Of a stretch of 64,000 nt of DNA, positions 1-10,553 are shown piece by piece; positions within the stretch are counted from its first letter, which is position 1, and each line of letters opens with the position of its first letter. Origin of the DNA: a virus; the IMG/VR virus record IMGVR_UViG_3300014325_000010, positions 97,130-161,129 of that record; one strand, given 5' to 3'. The notes beneath the pieces are model-generated. The model did no database searches. It worked only from the letters and a program-made list of their open reading frames with translations, and was not told the origin of the DNA. The position numbers and the translations under genes are program-made.

Positions 1-11
1 CTAAGGAGCCA

Positions 12-51
12 AAGAATTTGATTAGATCAAATTATTTGATCTAATCAAATT
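12..51. repeat. 19-bp inverted repeat (one of many AT-rich intergenic palindromes)
   Basis: gaatttgattagatcaaat / atttgatctaatcaaattc. Confidence 0.6.
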
Positions 52-62
52 CTTCGTAAACT

Positions 63-362
63 ATGTCACACGAACCATTCGGCAATCTTCGTTTTATCCA
101 CTCCAGTTGTGCTCCTAAACCCAACCCTGAGCTTCATCACTTTCCTCTCGAAGTTTACGTTGGTAAATCCGCCAAAATCGGATTTACCGTTCTGACCAAT
201 CCACCCGAACAAGAATATATGTGGATACAAGTCACTGGATTTCGAGATGGAAGTCGGATCCTAATCGGCATCCTCGATAACGATCCTATTCAATATGTCG
301 GATTTCACTGTGGTGACCTAGTGGAATTTCAAGTCAACCGAATCATCACATTACTACCATAA
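63..362 (+). CDS. hypothetical protein
   Basis: 99-aa ORF. Confidence 0.35.
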   Translation: MSHEPFGNLRFIHSSCAPKPNPELHHFPLEVYVGKSAKIGFTVLTNPPEQEYMWIQVTGFRDGSRILIGILDNDPIQYVGFHCGDLVEFQVNRIITLLP

Positions 363-767
363 TGGCGATTCCGGTCTACGACTCAGAAGCTCAATCTTGG
401 CATGACTGTCCAAGTGGAAATTGCCATGGTGCATTCTTTCACCTACGAGGTGTAGGTATGGTCTGCTCGACGTGGCTATTTATCCACCTCGGAACAAACA
501 TGTTCAGTGGATTCCACCTCGAAAAACTCGCTGCACGCGAATCGCTCAATGGCCGAATTCGAGAGGAAGGAATGGGTCTATGAAGATGTACATGTTGACT
601 CAAGCCGATATGGACCGTCTATTACTCGCAATTGACCGCGATCCAGAACATGGTTCACAAGGTGGTTCTGCGGACTCATCCGTTAACGACCCGGGAAAAC
701 GGATGATCTACTCAGAAGCGCATCGATTCTATAACTATCAGGTGCGGAAGTGGATAGACGACGTATC

Positions 768-799
768 TAAGTGATTCCAATTGATCATAAAATCAATTG
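768..799. repeat. 13-bp inverted repeat of the GATTCCAAT...ATTGGAATC family
   Basis: gattccaattgat-cataaa-atcaattggaatc. Related copies at 1501-1521, 5620-5645, 33624-33641 and 44717-44741. Confidence 0.6.
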
Positions 800-1029
800 G
801 AATCAATAAGCAACACACGAGGAGCATACATGAAGACTACTCTAATCTTAGTAGTCACCGCGGTGGCTTGTGGTATCATATTAGCTGTTGCTGATATAGA
901 ATATCAACTACCCCAACCCAATCAATCTGGACCAATGATCCCTATCTGCGATACCAGTACAAAAGGATTTCGGATCACGCTCCGTCCTTTCGAGGGATCT
1001 TCAGATACTTGGTTGTGTGACGGAATGTT

Positions 1030-1500
1030 TTGGACAAAGGAGCCACAAAGATGATTCCATTTGAATCAGTAAAAGGCGAAATAACCTTCACTCACGAGGA
1101 TGATCCCGTCGTAGACGGGATCAAAGGCACACAAAGAACGTTCGCTGTACAACGTATCCTCGAACACCTAAAACGTCCAAATCACGGATTTAAACTCTAC
1201 TTGGTTCCAGTTGATAAAGATTTCGCAAACTGGATGCTAACCAATCGCGGACTTGAGCCACATCGACTTCTCCCTCTTATCGGTATCTGCTCCCTCGAAC
1301 CAATAATTTTCTGTGCAGAAGAAGACGCCGAAAATTCTAACCTTCTAATTGACGGCAGTCATCGCTTCGTTGCTGCAGCGATACAAGAAAGCACTCATAT
1401 TTTAGCATATGTCCTACCAAAGAGCTTCTGGTCTCAATACCTAGTCGCAGCACCCAAAATCGATATGATCAATTTGATGACAAGTCGCTCTGGACTATGA
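1030..1500 (+). CDS. hypothetical protein
   Basis: 156-aa ORF; a palindrome lies at its stop. Confidence 0.45.
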   Translation: MDKGATKMIPFESVKGEITFTHEDDPVVDGIKGTQRTFAVQRILEHLKRPNHGFKLYLVPVDKDFANWMLTNRGLEPHRLLPLIGICSLEPIIFCAEEDAENSNLLIDGSHRFVAAAIQESTHILAYVLPKSFWSQYLVAAPKIDMINLMTSRSGL

Positions 1501-1569
1501 TTCCAATCTATTGGAATCAGTAATCCAGACGTTTTTAGAGCGTATCTAGCTTAACGAAACCCGGCGGCG

Positions 1570-1592
1570 CGCGGTAAAATACCCTTACCGCG
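1570..1592 (+). promoter_or_regulatory. Upstream GC-stem hairpin with a TAAAATAC loop (family of about 9)
   Basis: cgcggtaa-aataccc-ttaccgcg. Related copies: 12546-12567, 16232-16250, 17025-17046, 20141-20176, about 25060-25090 and about 29070-29100. Confidence 0.45.
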
Positions 1593-1593
1593 T

Positions 1594-1613
1594 AAAGCGC
1601 CTTACGGCGCTTT
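1594..1613 (+). terminator. Intrinsic-terminator-like hairpin
   Basis: aaagcgcc-ttac-ggcgcttt followed by attgat. Confidence 0.45.
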
Positions 1614-1654
1614 ATTGATCCGATATGCTATCGGATCGAATAAGGGAGGCTGAT

Positions 1655-1903
1655 ATGCCGAGCTACTACGTAATGTGGACCGTGAAAGACTCGAACCCCG
1701 ACGCCCCGCCCTTTAAAGGGCACCTCCTCGACAATCCCAACCTACGGCAAACGACTATTGAAACCGACTCTCCTGCTGGAGTCATCGAGGCCATCGAAGA
1801 GGGCAGCGGGCGTGCTGAGGGAGCGGTGGTCGTTCAGATCTCCGAGATGATCGATATCGACATGGCCGAAGCGCGCGCGGAATACGAAGCCGAACTGGCG
1901 TAA
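1655..1903 (+). CDS. hypothetical protein
   Basis: Start chosen at the ATG after RBS aagggagg; upstream hairpin gatccgata-tgc-tatcggatc. Confidence 0.45.
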   Translation: MPSYYVMWTVKDSNPDAPPFKGHLLDNPNLRQTTIETDSPAGVIEAIEEGSGRAEGAVVVQISEMIDIDMAEARAEYEAELA

Positions 1904-1952
1904 CACTCTGAAGCCCGCGGTCCTCAAAGATCGTGGGCTTCACAATGAAACT
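1897..1952 (+). repeat. 56-bp direct repeat copy 1 containing an 11-bp-stem hairpin (1909-1942)
   Basis: ggcgtaacactctgaagcccgcggtcctcaaagatcgtgggcttcacaatgaaact. Differs from copy 2 at 2 positions; one turns a G-C pair into a G-U pair. Confidence 0.7.
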
Positions 1953-1964
1953 AAGGATTAAATC

Positions 1965-2756
1965 ATGAGTGAAACACAAATCGAAATTGTAAACAACTAC
2001 CTCCGCCGCATTGATGAAACTCGCGTTCATGAGGTTCACCCAGCCGTGCGAGCGTTCCGCGACTGGTACGACAACACGTGGCACGGCGGCAAGCAGCCCT
2101 GCGAAGTGGAATTGGACACCATGTATGGCGAAGCCGTTGGGTCGCAGCGATACGCGGACATCGTGCCCGTTCTGTTCACGCTGCCTTCGGAGCGCGACGG
2201 GGTTCCGATTACCTACGAGGTGTACGATTCGGAGTCGAACGAACCGGAACTCACCAGTCTCCTGAGGGACTTCGACGGTGGATTCACGTTCACGCCAAAG
2301 TGGCGCGGCAAATACCTCGAAATCTACGGGCCGAAAGAGTATCACGAGGGTTTTACCCGTCCCTCTCGAACAGTGGTTCAATTGGACTGCCCGGAACCCG
2401 ATACGCGGCCGATTGACCCGTTCGAGCGATTCACTGAGGCCGTTCGAGAACGACCTCCGGTAACTCTGCGTGGTGGCGCGTTGGCTTTCGCCTCTTTTTT
2501 CGGAGGTATTCTGACCGCGGTGTCGGAAGAAGACGACAAACCATCTCCGAATTCGATACTGGCGATTGGCCCGAACGGACTCACCTCGATTACGGAAATG
2601 GCAGAAGCCGACGACAGCGAGTATTCCGTGCTCACGGTGAGGGAAGAAGTCAATCCTGACACAGGAAAGACGACGGGACGATTGGCGCTCCACTGCGAAC
2701 TTGGAGGCGTGGTCGACATGACCGGCGGTTGGTATTTGATGGTCTATCCGGCGTAA
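1965..2756 (+). CDS. hypothetical protein
   Basis: 263-aa ORF; the 325-aa reverse ORF over it is a shadow. Confidence 0.5.
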   Translation: MSETQIEIVNNYLRRIDETRVHEVHPAVRAFRDWYDNTWHGGKQPCEVELDTMYGEAVGSQRYADIVPVLFTLPSERDGVPITYEVYDSESNEPELTSLLRDFDGGFTFTPKWRGKYLEIYGPKEYHEGFTRPSRTVVQLDCPEPDTRPIDPFERFTEAVRERPPVTLRGGALAFASFFGGILTAVSEEDDKPSPNSILAIGPNGLTSITEMAEADDSEYSVLTVREEVNPDTGKTTGRLALHCELGGVVDMTGGWYLMVYPA

Positions 2757-2805
2757 CACTCTGAAGCCCGCGGTCCTCAGAGATCGCGGGCTTCACAATG
2801 AAACT
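2750..2805 (+). repeat. 56-bp direct repeat copy 2 with a perfect 11-bp hairpin
   Basis: tgaagcccgcg-gtcctcagagat-cgcgggcttca. Confidence 0.7.
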
Positions 2806-2814
2806 GGAGTAATA

Positions 2815-3063
2815 ATGAGAACCTGGCTTGTCACCATCTGCCCGCGCTGTAACTTCCAGACCTCCTCCGAGGGTTTGAGCTTGGAAGAGATGCAGAAAAT
2901 TGGCGCGGCGCACAAATGCATCGACGGCGTCGCGACACAAATGCTCGAACCATTCGTCCGCAAGGTGTATGGTCCTGGAGAACGCAGCGGGCCGCGTCCC
3001 GAACACGTGCGGGAAATTCCCAAAAGGCGGCTTCACATCATGAGGAAACGATGCGAATCATGA
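2815..3063 (+). CDS. small Cys-containing protein, paralogue of the next gene
   Basis: TICPRCNFQTSSEGLSLEE aligns with FTCSRCGWTTSSNGLAVEQ. Confidence 0.4.
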   Translation: MRTWLVTICPRCNFQTSSEGLSLEEMQKIGAAHKCIDGVATQMLEPFVRKVYGPGERSGPRPEHVREIPKRRLHIMRKRCES

Positions 3064-3512
3064 CCGACTTTACGTGTAGCCGATGCGGCTGGACAACTTC
3101 CAGTAACGGATTGGCTGTTGAGCAATTCGCCGCGATCTGGTTGTCCCACGTATGTCTAGATGGAATTCGACCAAACGTGTCGGATGGAACCATTGTAGCA
3201 CGTGCGGTCCCCGGTCCGGGAGAACGACCTGGGCCGAGTGGTGGATCTGGGTTCGACTCAGATCCAAAACGGGAGGTCCAAATGGAACCACCACCGGCAA
3301 AATGCGCCAACTGTGGTGAACCCTGGCTTACCTGCCTTGGTGAATGTCAGGACAAAGAACCTCTCGAAAACTCTGACACGATTGAACTCCGCCGGGTTGG
3401 CCAAAGCGGCGCACTTCAGATGGCGGAACTCACAAAAAGGGAACTGGCAGATCTTCTACTCGACTGCCAACACGAACTACAACGCCGCCGTACTGGCGAA
3501 TCGATAGGATAA
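3051..3512 (+). CDS. hypothetical protein (paralogue of 2815-3063, with C-terminal extension)
   Basis: Internal start MRIMTDF overlapping the upstream stop. Confidence 0.4.
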   Translation: MRIMTDFTCSRCGWTTSSNGLAVEQFAAIWLSHVCLDGIRPNVSDGTIVARAVPGPGERPGPSGGSGFDSDPKREVQMEPPPAKCANCGEPWLTCLGECQDKEPLENSDTIELRRVGQSGALQMAELTKRELADLLLDCQHELQRRRTGESIG

Positions 3513-3745
3513 ACCGTGTGGTATGGCACAACTCCGACTACGTGCAATCTTTGCCATAACCGTTTTGGACAAATTGGGCCAAACTCGCAGAGTGAGGTCC
3601 AAAACATGATGATTTTCATCGATGGAAGAACAAAGGTAGGCATGTGGGCTATCATGTGCACCGATTGTCATGCCGAGTACGGGGTCGGTTTGGGAATTGG
3701 ACGTGGACAAGCGTACTGGTTTGATACACTCCGGAAGGTGGTTCA

Positions 3746-4081
3746 ATGAGTTCAGAACTGCTCTCGATGGACGAAGGAAAACGAAAAGCCCGCGTCTTCA
3801 TGACCGTGTTGGAATCTCTAGCGGCCCTGCAAATCGAGATACAAGGTGAAAGCACAACAAATCCACGTCACGTCGCAATGGCCGACAAAATCCAGAAATT
3901 CACTGACTACCTCATGGACGAAGTCGCAGGCGGTTCCAAACCCGCAACAGATCGCAGCACTCTGTATAAAATGTTCGAAGTCGCCGACATAAAGTTTACC
4001 GAAACAAGTAATGCCATTATTGTTAAGCAGGGAATAGGACTGCGCAACTTCGGCGACGACGGTCTGCGGACAGAGTTCTAG
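3746..4081 (+). CDS. hypothetical protein
   Basis: 111-aa ORF. Confidence 0.4.
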   Translation: MSSELLSMDEGKRKARVFMTVLESLAALQIEIQGESTTNPRHVAMADKIQKFTDYLMDEVAGGSKPATDRSTLYKMFEVADIKFTETSNAIIVKQGIGLRNFGDDGLRTEF

Positions 4082-4178
4082 TTCTCGAACAGTGGGTCAC
4101 TGACAGGAATCGCAACTCTATTTCACAAATAAATTCGGAAGGTAGAATAAATCAAATATATAGAAAGCCGATACGGCA

Positions 4179-4874
4179 ATGATAAAATCTGATCTAGCGC
4201 AGCTTGCATTCGAGCACTTTGGCCTAGTGCTTCCTTGCACACAAGCAGACTTAAAATCGGCCTTTCGCACCGCAGCGAAAAAACTTCATTCCGACATTGG
4301 TGGCACTGATAAAGACTTTGTCGAAATGAAACTGGTGTACGACAAACTTTGTAAGGAACCAGAAATCATCTCCCTCAACGAGGCTAAAGAGAAATACACA
4401 GAAGAGGGATTCCTCCTTTCGGAATTGGGACTTGGCCTCGGTAACGTGAATGGCCGCGACTGCGAGAACTGTTCTCGCAAAGGGTACATCACGATTCACA
4501 GGACAGTAGAAATCAAATGTGACCTTTGCAATGGTTTCCGATACATACACCAGTGTCGCGCATGCTTAAAGGGTGTATACACCAATCCTGTTGGAAGGAA
4601 AGTCCCGTGCAACCGTTGCAACGCGAAAGGATTCGCACCAGCTCCGCCAACCCGTATTTCTTCTTGGGGCTTGCCAATCCCACCATATGGAGCAGATATA
4701 TGTTTTCAATGTTATGGATGTGGCACAATGCACCAGAAAACTGCCAAGGTGACACATCATCGTTGTGGTGACTGTAACGGCACCGGCGAAATCAAGATTT
4801 ACAATCCCGTAATCATGAAAAGTGGACTGTACTCTCAAAAGCAGCGAAAGAAGATGAATGGCCAAAACAAATAA
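4179..4874 (+). CDS. DnaJ-like protein (J-domain-like N-terminus + CxxCxGxG zinc-finger repeats)
   Basis: KKLHSDIGG (HSD instead of HPD). Repeats CENCSRKG, CDLCNGFR, CNRCNAKG, CYGCGT and CGDCNGTG. Confidence 0.5.
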   Translation: MIKSDLAQLAFEHFGLVLPCTQADLKSAFRTAAKKLHSDIGGTDKDFVEMKLVYDKLCKEPEIISLNEAKEKYTEEGFLLSELGLGLGNVNGRDCENCSRKGYITIHRTVEIKCDLCNGFRYIHQCRACLKGVYTNPVGRKVPCNRCNAKGFAPAPPTRISSWGLPIPPYGADICFQCYGCGTMHQKTAKVTHHRCGDCNGTGEIKIYNPVIMKSGLYSQKQRKKMNGQNK

Positions 4875-5266
4875 AGACGTACGTCGACTCAAAGCGGAAA
4901 AACGGCTGCTCGCAAAGCTGCCTTGCTTCACAACAGCACTTACGATGCCCGAACGTAGGTGCCTCCTCGACCTCGAACGACGCGGCGTCATCATGTATCG
5001 GGATGAGCAGTGGCACAAGAAATGAAGCTTTACTCTGCGACCCTCGTTGAACGAATGATTGCGCCTGATTGGCCTTTAGTCGCAGACGATGTACCTCTCG
5101 GAAAGGAGTACATTGTTGATGTTGACCGACTAAAAATGCAATACATTGTTAATATAAAAGATGGACGAAGCGTTAAACTTGGTTGCGTCTGGGTGGTGTC
5201 TCCTGGCCCAGGAGGTTGGTTACCTGGACGCGCTTTCGGTATGAAATTTCGTGGAGATGAAATCTA

Positions 5267-5629
5267 ATGACTGAGATAAATCTCTTCGCAAGCGCCAAAA
5301 TCGCGGGTCACGCGCTCTACGATTCGCACCGATCCGGCCTAATCTATCACAATACGACCCGAATCGTACATGCAAACCTCAACGAGTTCCCTCTCGAAAT
5401 AGACGAGGACAAACTTGGTGAGGAAGAAGACGACCGTCTGTGGCCAATGGTAGACGATTTTGAATACCAGTTCATGCCATCCTCGAATACGGGAGTTGAT
5501 GCAGCTGGTGAGTCAATTACGTCTCTTGTCCCTGACGTTGACGGAAATATCTACCTGTATAGTTCGGAGGCTGGTATTCGGGTAATTCACTCTCGAAACG
5601 ATTATTTCCATCGAGATGGATTCCAATAG
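5267..5629 (+). CDS. hypothetical protein
   Basis: 120-aa ORF. Confidence 0.4.
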   Translation: MTEINLFASAKIAGHALYDSHRSGLIYHNTTRIVHANLNEFPLEIDEDKLGEEEDDRLWPMVDDFEYQFMPSSNTGVDAAGESITSLVPDVDGNIYLYSSEAGIRVIHSRNDYFHRDGFQ

Positions 5630-5933
5630 AGATTGGAATCCGACTGGAGTGCAAAGTGTCCTGCGAAGACTTTCCGTGCTGCGGACATAAACTTGGTGAT
5701 TGCCCTACTAAAGACCACAGAGGTCGTCTCCGGTATCCGTGTGCCGTTTGTCGTCGTCCTTTGCCATTTAATTCCAAGAAAGCGATTTGCCGGCGTTGCT
5801 TGAAGCGTGAGTTTCAAAAGGTGTACGAATCCGGTCGTCCTGATCCATTCAGCAATTTTACCTAAGCCGATCGAGATGATGATAGATCATCGAGATCGGA
5901 GTAACTACTACTTTCATCTCCAGGAGAACAGAC

Positions 5934-6443
5934 ATGTACATGCTTATTGCGATTGAACGGACAGGACATCTCGGTCGGGATGACGAAAGCAGCCACTTCG
6001 ACGTAGTTGAAGCGGATCTTTCGTTGCTTGGCACAAAAGGAGTCTTCTCGTGGACGGTGAAGCGGGTCCACAAAGAAGCTCCTTGCGTTTACGTGGCAGC
6101 ATTTGCTGATGCAGCCACAGCAGAAGTTGTGAAAAACTACTTCGAAAGCTCCTATGATGTGGGCTCTTTTCTTGACGAGGTGAAAACGTTGCAGAGAAAA
6201 AATCGGCTTCGCGAAGAAAAGGGATTCACTTACGGCGACTTAGCGCGAAAACTCGCGACGTTGTCACGTGAACAGCTGGCTGCGAAAGTTACCATCGACG
6301 ACGGCGAGGATTTGGTGCCAGCGAGTCTCGAATTCGCAGAGAACGATTTGGAAAACGTCAAGCCAAGTACTCCGTACTTCGTGGTAATTGACCTCGATAA
6401 CATCGAGGATGAGAACCAGGATGTAGACGACAACGGATATTAA
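5934..6443 (+). CDS. hypothetical acidic protein
   Basis: 169-aa ORF. Confidence 0.45.
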   Translation: MYMLIAIERTGHLGRDDESSHFDVVEADLSLLGTKGVFSWTVKRVHKEAPCVYVAAFADAATAEVVKNYFESSYDVGSFLDEVKTLQRKNRLREEKGFTYGDLARKLATLSREQLAAKVTIDDGEDLVPASLEFAENDLENVKPSTPYFVVIDLDNIEDENQDVDDNGY

Positions 6444-6683
6444 GATGGCAGAAGAACAAATAAAAAAGCCGGAGTATCTTACCACCTATGCACGAATCGT
6501 TAGGGTAATGCTCCCCGGAGATAAACTGCAGAGATTTCCTCTGCCGCGATACGGAGTACTGTTTCCAGTAACAGGAAATATCTGGATGGGCGCTAATGGT
6601 GAAGGATTTTCTTCCACAGCAATGGCTGTTCGTAACGCGCTTGATTCTGGATGTGCAGTCATCCAAGAATGGACACACGAGCC

Positions 6684-7157
6684 ATGAACTTCAAAGTTGT
6701 TGTAGTCAACGCTGACGGCGATGAGGTTTTGTCTCTAATAACCTCTCGAACAGAAGTCGTACGAACAATTATGCGCCAATTTGACAAAAATGGCGCACAG
6801 GTAATTCTAGATCTGCACCTCGAAGGCCCAGAAGTCTACAAAGTGTTGTACAGCGGAGCACTGCGTGATATTGAAAGAAATACACCACCAGCTCCGCGCC
6901 CTCCGATTCAAGCGTTGATGGAAGACGTAGTTACACGCAATACACCACATCTTGTATCACCAATGACGTCGATGCCTAGAGCAGCATCGACGCCAGTAGA
7001 GGATACCTATTCAATGGGTGTGAAAGACATTGAATGCACCTCTTGTCATGGAACGTTTACTCTCCAAGAAGAAGAACGTTACCAACGATTTGTTACATGC
7101 CCTCACTGTGATGAAATGCTCGATAGTGAAAAATATCCAAAACAAGGAATGGCATGA
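6684..7157 (+). CDS. hypothetical protein with C-terminal zinc ribbon
   Basis: CTSCHG...CPHCDE; ATGA overlap with the upstream gene. Confidence 0.4.
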   Translation: MNFKVVVVNADGDEVLSLITSRTEVVRTIMRQFDKNGAQVILDLHLEGPEVYKVLYSGALRDIERNTPPAPRPPIQALMEDVVTRNTPHLVSPMTSMPRAASTPVEDTYSMGVKDIECTSCHGTFTLQEEERYQRFVTCPHCDEMLDSEKYPKQGMA

Positions 7158-7415
7158 TTTCGACAAAACGTCGTTTAAGGAAATTAGCTCATGAATTAGA
7201 GCCAATTGCTCTTCAACTTATAAAAGAAGTTGAAGAGATCAATGGTATAGATTCACTTCTTGTAGATGCAAGCATTGTGCTCGCTGCATTCATGCAATCC
7301 ATTATGGAGTTAATAGACGATGATAACATCAAACTTCTGCAAACCCAAAGCTTTCTCATGGGTTACTCCCAAAAAGTAATGAGTGAATTTCACAAGGTGT
7401 TAAAAGAGGCTCAAA

Positions 7416-7832
7416 GTGAATAAAACGTTTGCGACTGTGATGATTGAATCAGACGAAAACAGCGAATTGCCGCTTAAGAACAAATTTGTTAAAGAACTGA
7501 TTGAAATCGCACTGAAGCAACTACCGGCGGAAAGATTTGGCATTAAAACTATCGAAGTCTATTCAATAGACGCTTCGGACACAGTAAACAGAGCTAACGA
7601 AACAATCAATACAGAACAATTGTACGAATCGTTGAAACCAATCATCCTCAAATTTCTTCATCAATGCCATGGATCTCTTGATCCAGGAACATCCTCTATC
7701 GCTGTAATTCTAACCAGTTTTATGGGAGATTTTGCGAAATATCTTGTCACACAAGATTTTTCGGTTCTCATGTCAAAAGCAGCTTTATTGGAAGCAATCG
7801 ACGATACTCCTATCAAGGATATGATTCAATGA
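7416..7832 (+). CDS. hypothetical protein
   Basis: 138-aa ORF. Confidence 0.4.
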   Translation: MNKTFATVMIESDENSELPLKNKFVKELIEIALKQLPAERFGIKTIEVYSIDASDTVNRANETINTEQLYESLKPIILKFLHQCHGSLDPGTSSIAVILTSFMGDFAKYLVTQDFSVLMSKAALLEAIDDTPIKDMIQ

Positions 7833-8272
7833 ACAAAGAATACACTGTCATCGCCAAACTGATCGTTAATTCGGAGAATCTCAACTCGCCCTCCCTCGAT
7901 GACATGAAAATTGCTATCGAGGATGCGATTTCAACTCCAGATAACGAACTGCACGGAATTCGTGGAATCAGCGTCAAAGGTACAGAACTTTTGTTTCCAA
8001 ATCATATCCAACCGGATTCTCCGGAAGCGACGCTACTGCCATTGGTTCATCTCTATCACGACCTCGAACCAATTGTTAATAAATATGCATCAGTAGAACA
8101 GGCTCTCAAAACTACTGACGCAGGACACGCAGCTGCTGCTGTAATTCTCAATTCTCTCATGGCTGGATTAGTGGCGAACACACTCATGGGAGATAGCGAT
8201 CTTCTTAGAAAGATGGCTTTAATGACTGGACTGCTCATCTCTGAGAGTAGACCTAGAAAAATGGAGAGTTAG
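7829..8272 (+). CDS. hypothetical protein
   Basis: 147-aa ORF. Confidence 0.4.
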   Translation: MNKEYTVIAKLIVNSENLNSPSLDDMKIAIEDAISTPDNELHGIRGISVKGTELLFPNHIQPDSPEATLLPLVHLYHDLEPIVNKYASVEQALKTTDAGHAAAAVILNSLMAGLVANTLMGDSDLLRKMALMTGLLISESRPRKMES

Positions 8273-8275
8273 ATC

Positions 8276-8464
8276 ATGTTTTGGTTCATTTGGATATGGC
8301 TTATAGCTGGAATTATTTTCAATATTTGGGCATTAGCTGGTTCCAAAAAGCAATGGCTTTGGACAACATTGGCTTTTGCAGTAATTTTCTGGCCAGTAGG
8401 AGCCATACTAACAATTTATTGGTTTATCGAGGATACATACAGGAGTTATCATGAAAATAAATGA
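8276..8464 (+). CDS. small membrane protein
   Basis: Two hydrophobic segments (WFIWIWLIAGIIF, AFAVIFWPVGAILTIYWF). Confidence 0.4.
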   Translation: MFWFIWIWLIAGIIFNIWALAGSKKQWLWTTLAFAVIFWPVGAILTIYWFIEDTYRSYHENK

Positions 8465-8667
8465 ATGGATTAAAATGAATGTGACCGCTGTGAAATTGTT
8501 GAAACCACTTTTGGATCCAAAAGTTGTTCCAACAGCTCCACAATTTGGACCTCCAATCGTAGATCCATTCAAAAAATGTCTCGTTTGTCAAAAGGATTTT
8601 GTAAACGATCAAGATCCTGACACAATTCTCTGCTCTCGATGTGAAGATTTATATTTTGGGAGAGATC

Positions 8668-9429
8668 ATGCCCAACAATACGATTGATAAAGACGGTCCG
8701 TGGCCAATTACATCAAGTAAGGGCGACAAAGAATATCTAGTCTATCGAAAAAATTCTGGGCGACTCGCTTGTCCTTGTACTGGTTATCATTATCGTAGCA
8801 AATGCTGGCATATACCCGAAGCAATCAAGAAATACGGGCTTGAGGAAAATGTGGGGCCATTACCCCTCTTCCTCGCTGCGTGCAACTACCAACTCAAAGG
8901 CTACTGTGTAATCCCGATCTTTCCTGGCGAGAAGAGACCAATGGTAAATTGGAAAACTTATCTCGAAGAGAAAATGTTTCCAACCATTAGTGATTTAGCA
9001 GACTGGTGGACCGTAACACCAGATGCAAACGTTGGTATTCTTCTCGGAAAGAATTCGAACGGATTCTTTCCATTATGCCTCGATTTGGATGGTGGAGAAG
9101 AAGCGGAAAAGCTTCTGGAAGAAAGCGGAGTCTTTCTTCCATCAGATGCACCTAGATCAAAAACACCAAATGGATATCATGTTTTTATTTCAGCTCCGAG
9201 ACGAATACCGGACCAGATAGGTGTCTTAAGGTCTTCATCACCTCGACAAGATGGATCCCTTACTCCAGGTGGAAATCCACGATATGCACAAATCGACGTC
9301 CGCGGTGCAGGTGTAATTGTTTTACCACCATCGGTTCATCCAAGTGGAGATGTATACTCTTGGAGCAGTGAACTCACAGACGGACCGCCACCTGCAGCAC
9401 CTCAATCCCTTCTCAAACTGATTGGATAA
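8668..9429 (+). CDS. bifunctional primase-polymerase (Prim-Pol) N-terminal domain protein
   Basis: GYCVIPIFPGEKRPMV, VGILLGK...LDLDGG, TPNGYHVF, IDVRGAGVIVLPPSVHPSG. Start follows RBS gggagag. Confidence 0.55.
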   Translation: MPNNTIDKDGPWPITSSKGDKEYLVYRKNSGRLACPCTGYHYRSKCWHIPEAIKKYGLEENVGPLPLFLAACNYQLKGYCVIPIFPGEKRPMVNWKTYLEEKMFPTISDLADWWTVTPDANVGILLGKNSNGFFPLCLDLDGGEEAEKLLEESGVFLPSDAPRSKTPNGYHVFISAPRRIPDQIGVLRSSSPRQDGSLTPGGNPRYAQIDVRGAGVIVLPPSVHPSGDVYSWSSELTDGPPPAAPQSLLKLIG

Positions 9430-9878
9430 TAACCATGACACATCCTACAACTTTGGAATCCACCGAGAAATTACGAATGCTACTCGAAATAATGGAGGTC
9501 TCACTAAGTGAGCATCCACAAGAAATTCGAGAAAATATGATAATGGCAATTAAAATCCAGGCACTAACCACCGCTTTAGCAACAATAGGCGGTGCTCTGC
9601 ATACAGTAAACCATCATACGGATGATCCAAACGTTTGTGTAAGAGGTGGATGTCATCATATTCGTGAACTACTCAAAGTCGTAGGAGATCCAGATGTTAC
9701 TCTGCCACCGTTGTCACGACATAACTAAACACGAATCAACTCAACTCCGGAGTTATGGACCGTGTGAAGGCTGTGGGCGCAAAAAAGATTGCTTAGAATG
9801 TCGCAATCCTCAATGTCTTGCACCTCCCAAACCAAAACGAATTCGTAAAAGATACGAATTCAAAATTCATGACAATCT

Positions 9879-10550
9879 ATGAAGCGTCCGCATGATCGAG
9901 AACTCGTCAAAATCAATCCCCTTCTAGCAGCTTGGGAGCATTTTAGTCTCTGCCCATTTTGCCGAAATCCGTATGGTTATCGTGTCACAACTTGTGAAGA
10001 TTGTTGTGGATGTGGATTGAATCTCGCAACATATCCAAATATACTTAATTCTTGGATGGCAAGGAGAAAATTTGTACATCGCTATGCATTTGCTGTACCA
10101 AATCCAGAAGCATTGACAGCTATTGCTAAATACTCACCCATAATTGAACTTGGTGCTGGTCGAGGATATTGGGCATTACTCTTAAACAGAGACTATAAAA
10201 CAGATATCGTGGCTTACGATAGTGATCCACCTCGATTTGGTAACAACGTTTGGTTTTCTACACCTAAAAGGGAATTTTATCCGATCTTATCAGGTAATGT
10301 TTCTAGTCTTCTAAAACATAAAGACAGAACATTATTCATGTGTTGGCCATATATGAATGATATGGCATTTAAAGCATTACAGTTATATCGAGGAGATACA
10401 GTTATCTACGTAGGCGAATCTAGTGGTGGCTGTACTGCGACTGAAGAATTCTTTGTTACTTTATCCGAATCATGGAATATTGTAGAAGAAATAGCCATAC
10501 CACAATGGCATGGTATGCATGATCGTCTAACAATCTTTTCGAGGAAATAA
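9879..10550 (+). CDS. putative SAM-dependent methyltransferase with N-terminal Cys cluster
   Basis: IELGAGRGYWALLL is a motif I match and VAYDSD a motif II match. CPFCRN...CEDCCGCG is Cys-rich. Confidence 0.35.
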   Translation: MKRPHDRELVKINPLLAAWEHFSLCPFCRNPYGYRVTTCEDCCGCGLNLATYPNILNSWMARRKFVHRYAFAVPNPEALTAIAKYSPIIELGAGRGYWALLLNRDYKTDIVAYDSDPPRFGNNVWFSTPKREFYPILSGNVSSLLKHKDRTLFMCWPYMNDMAFKALQLYRGDTVIYVGESSGGCTATEEFFVTLSESWNIVEEIAIPQWHGMHDRLTIFSRK

Positions 10551-10553
10551 CAC

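Noticed and set aside
1782-2759. 325-aa minus-strand ORF
   Set aside because: Shadow of the plus-strand gene 1965-2756 in a GC-rich region; Arg/Pro-rich low-complexity translation.
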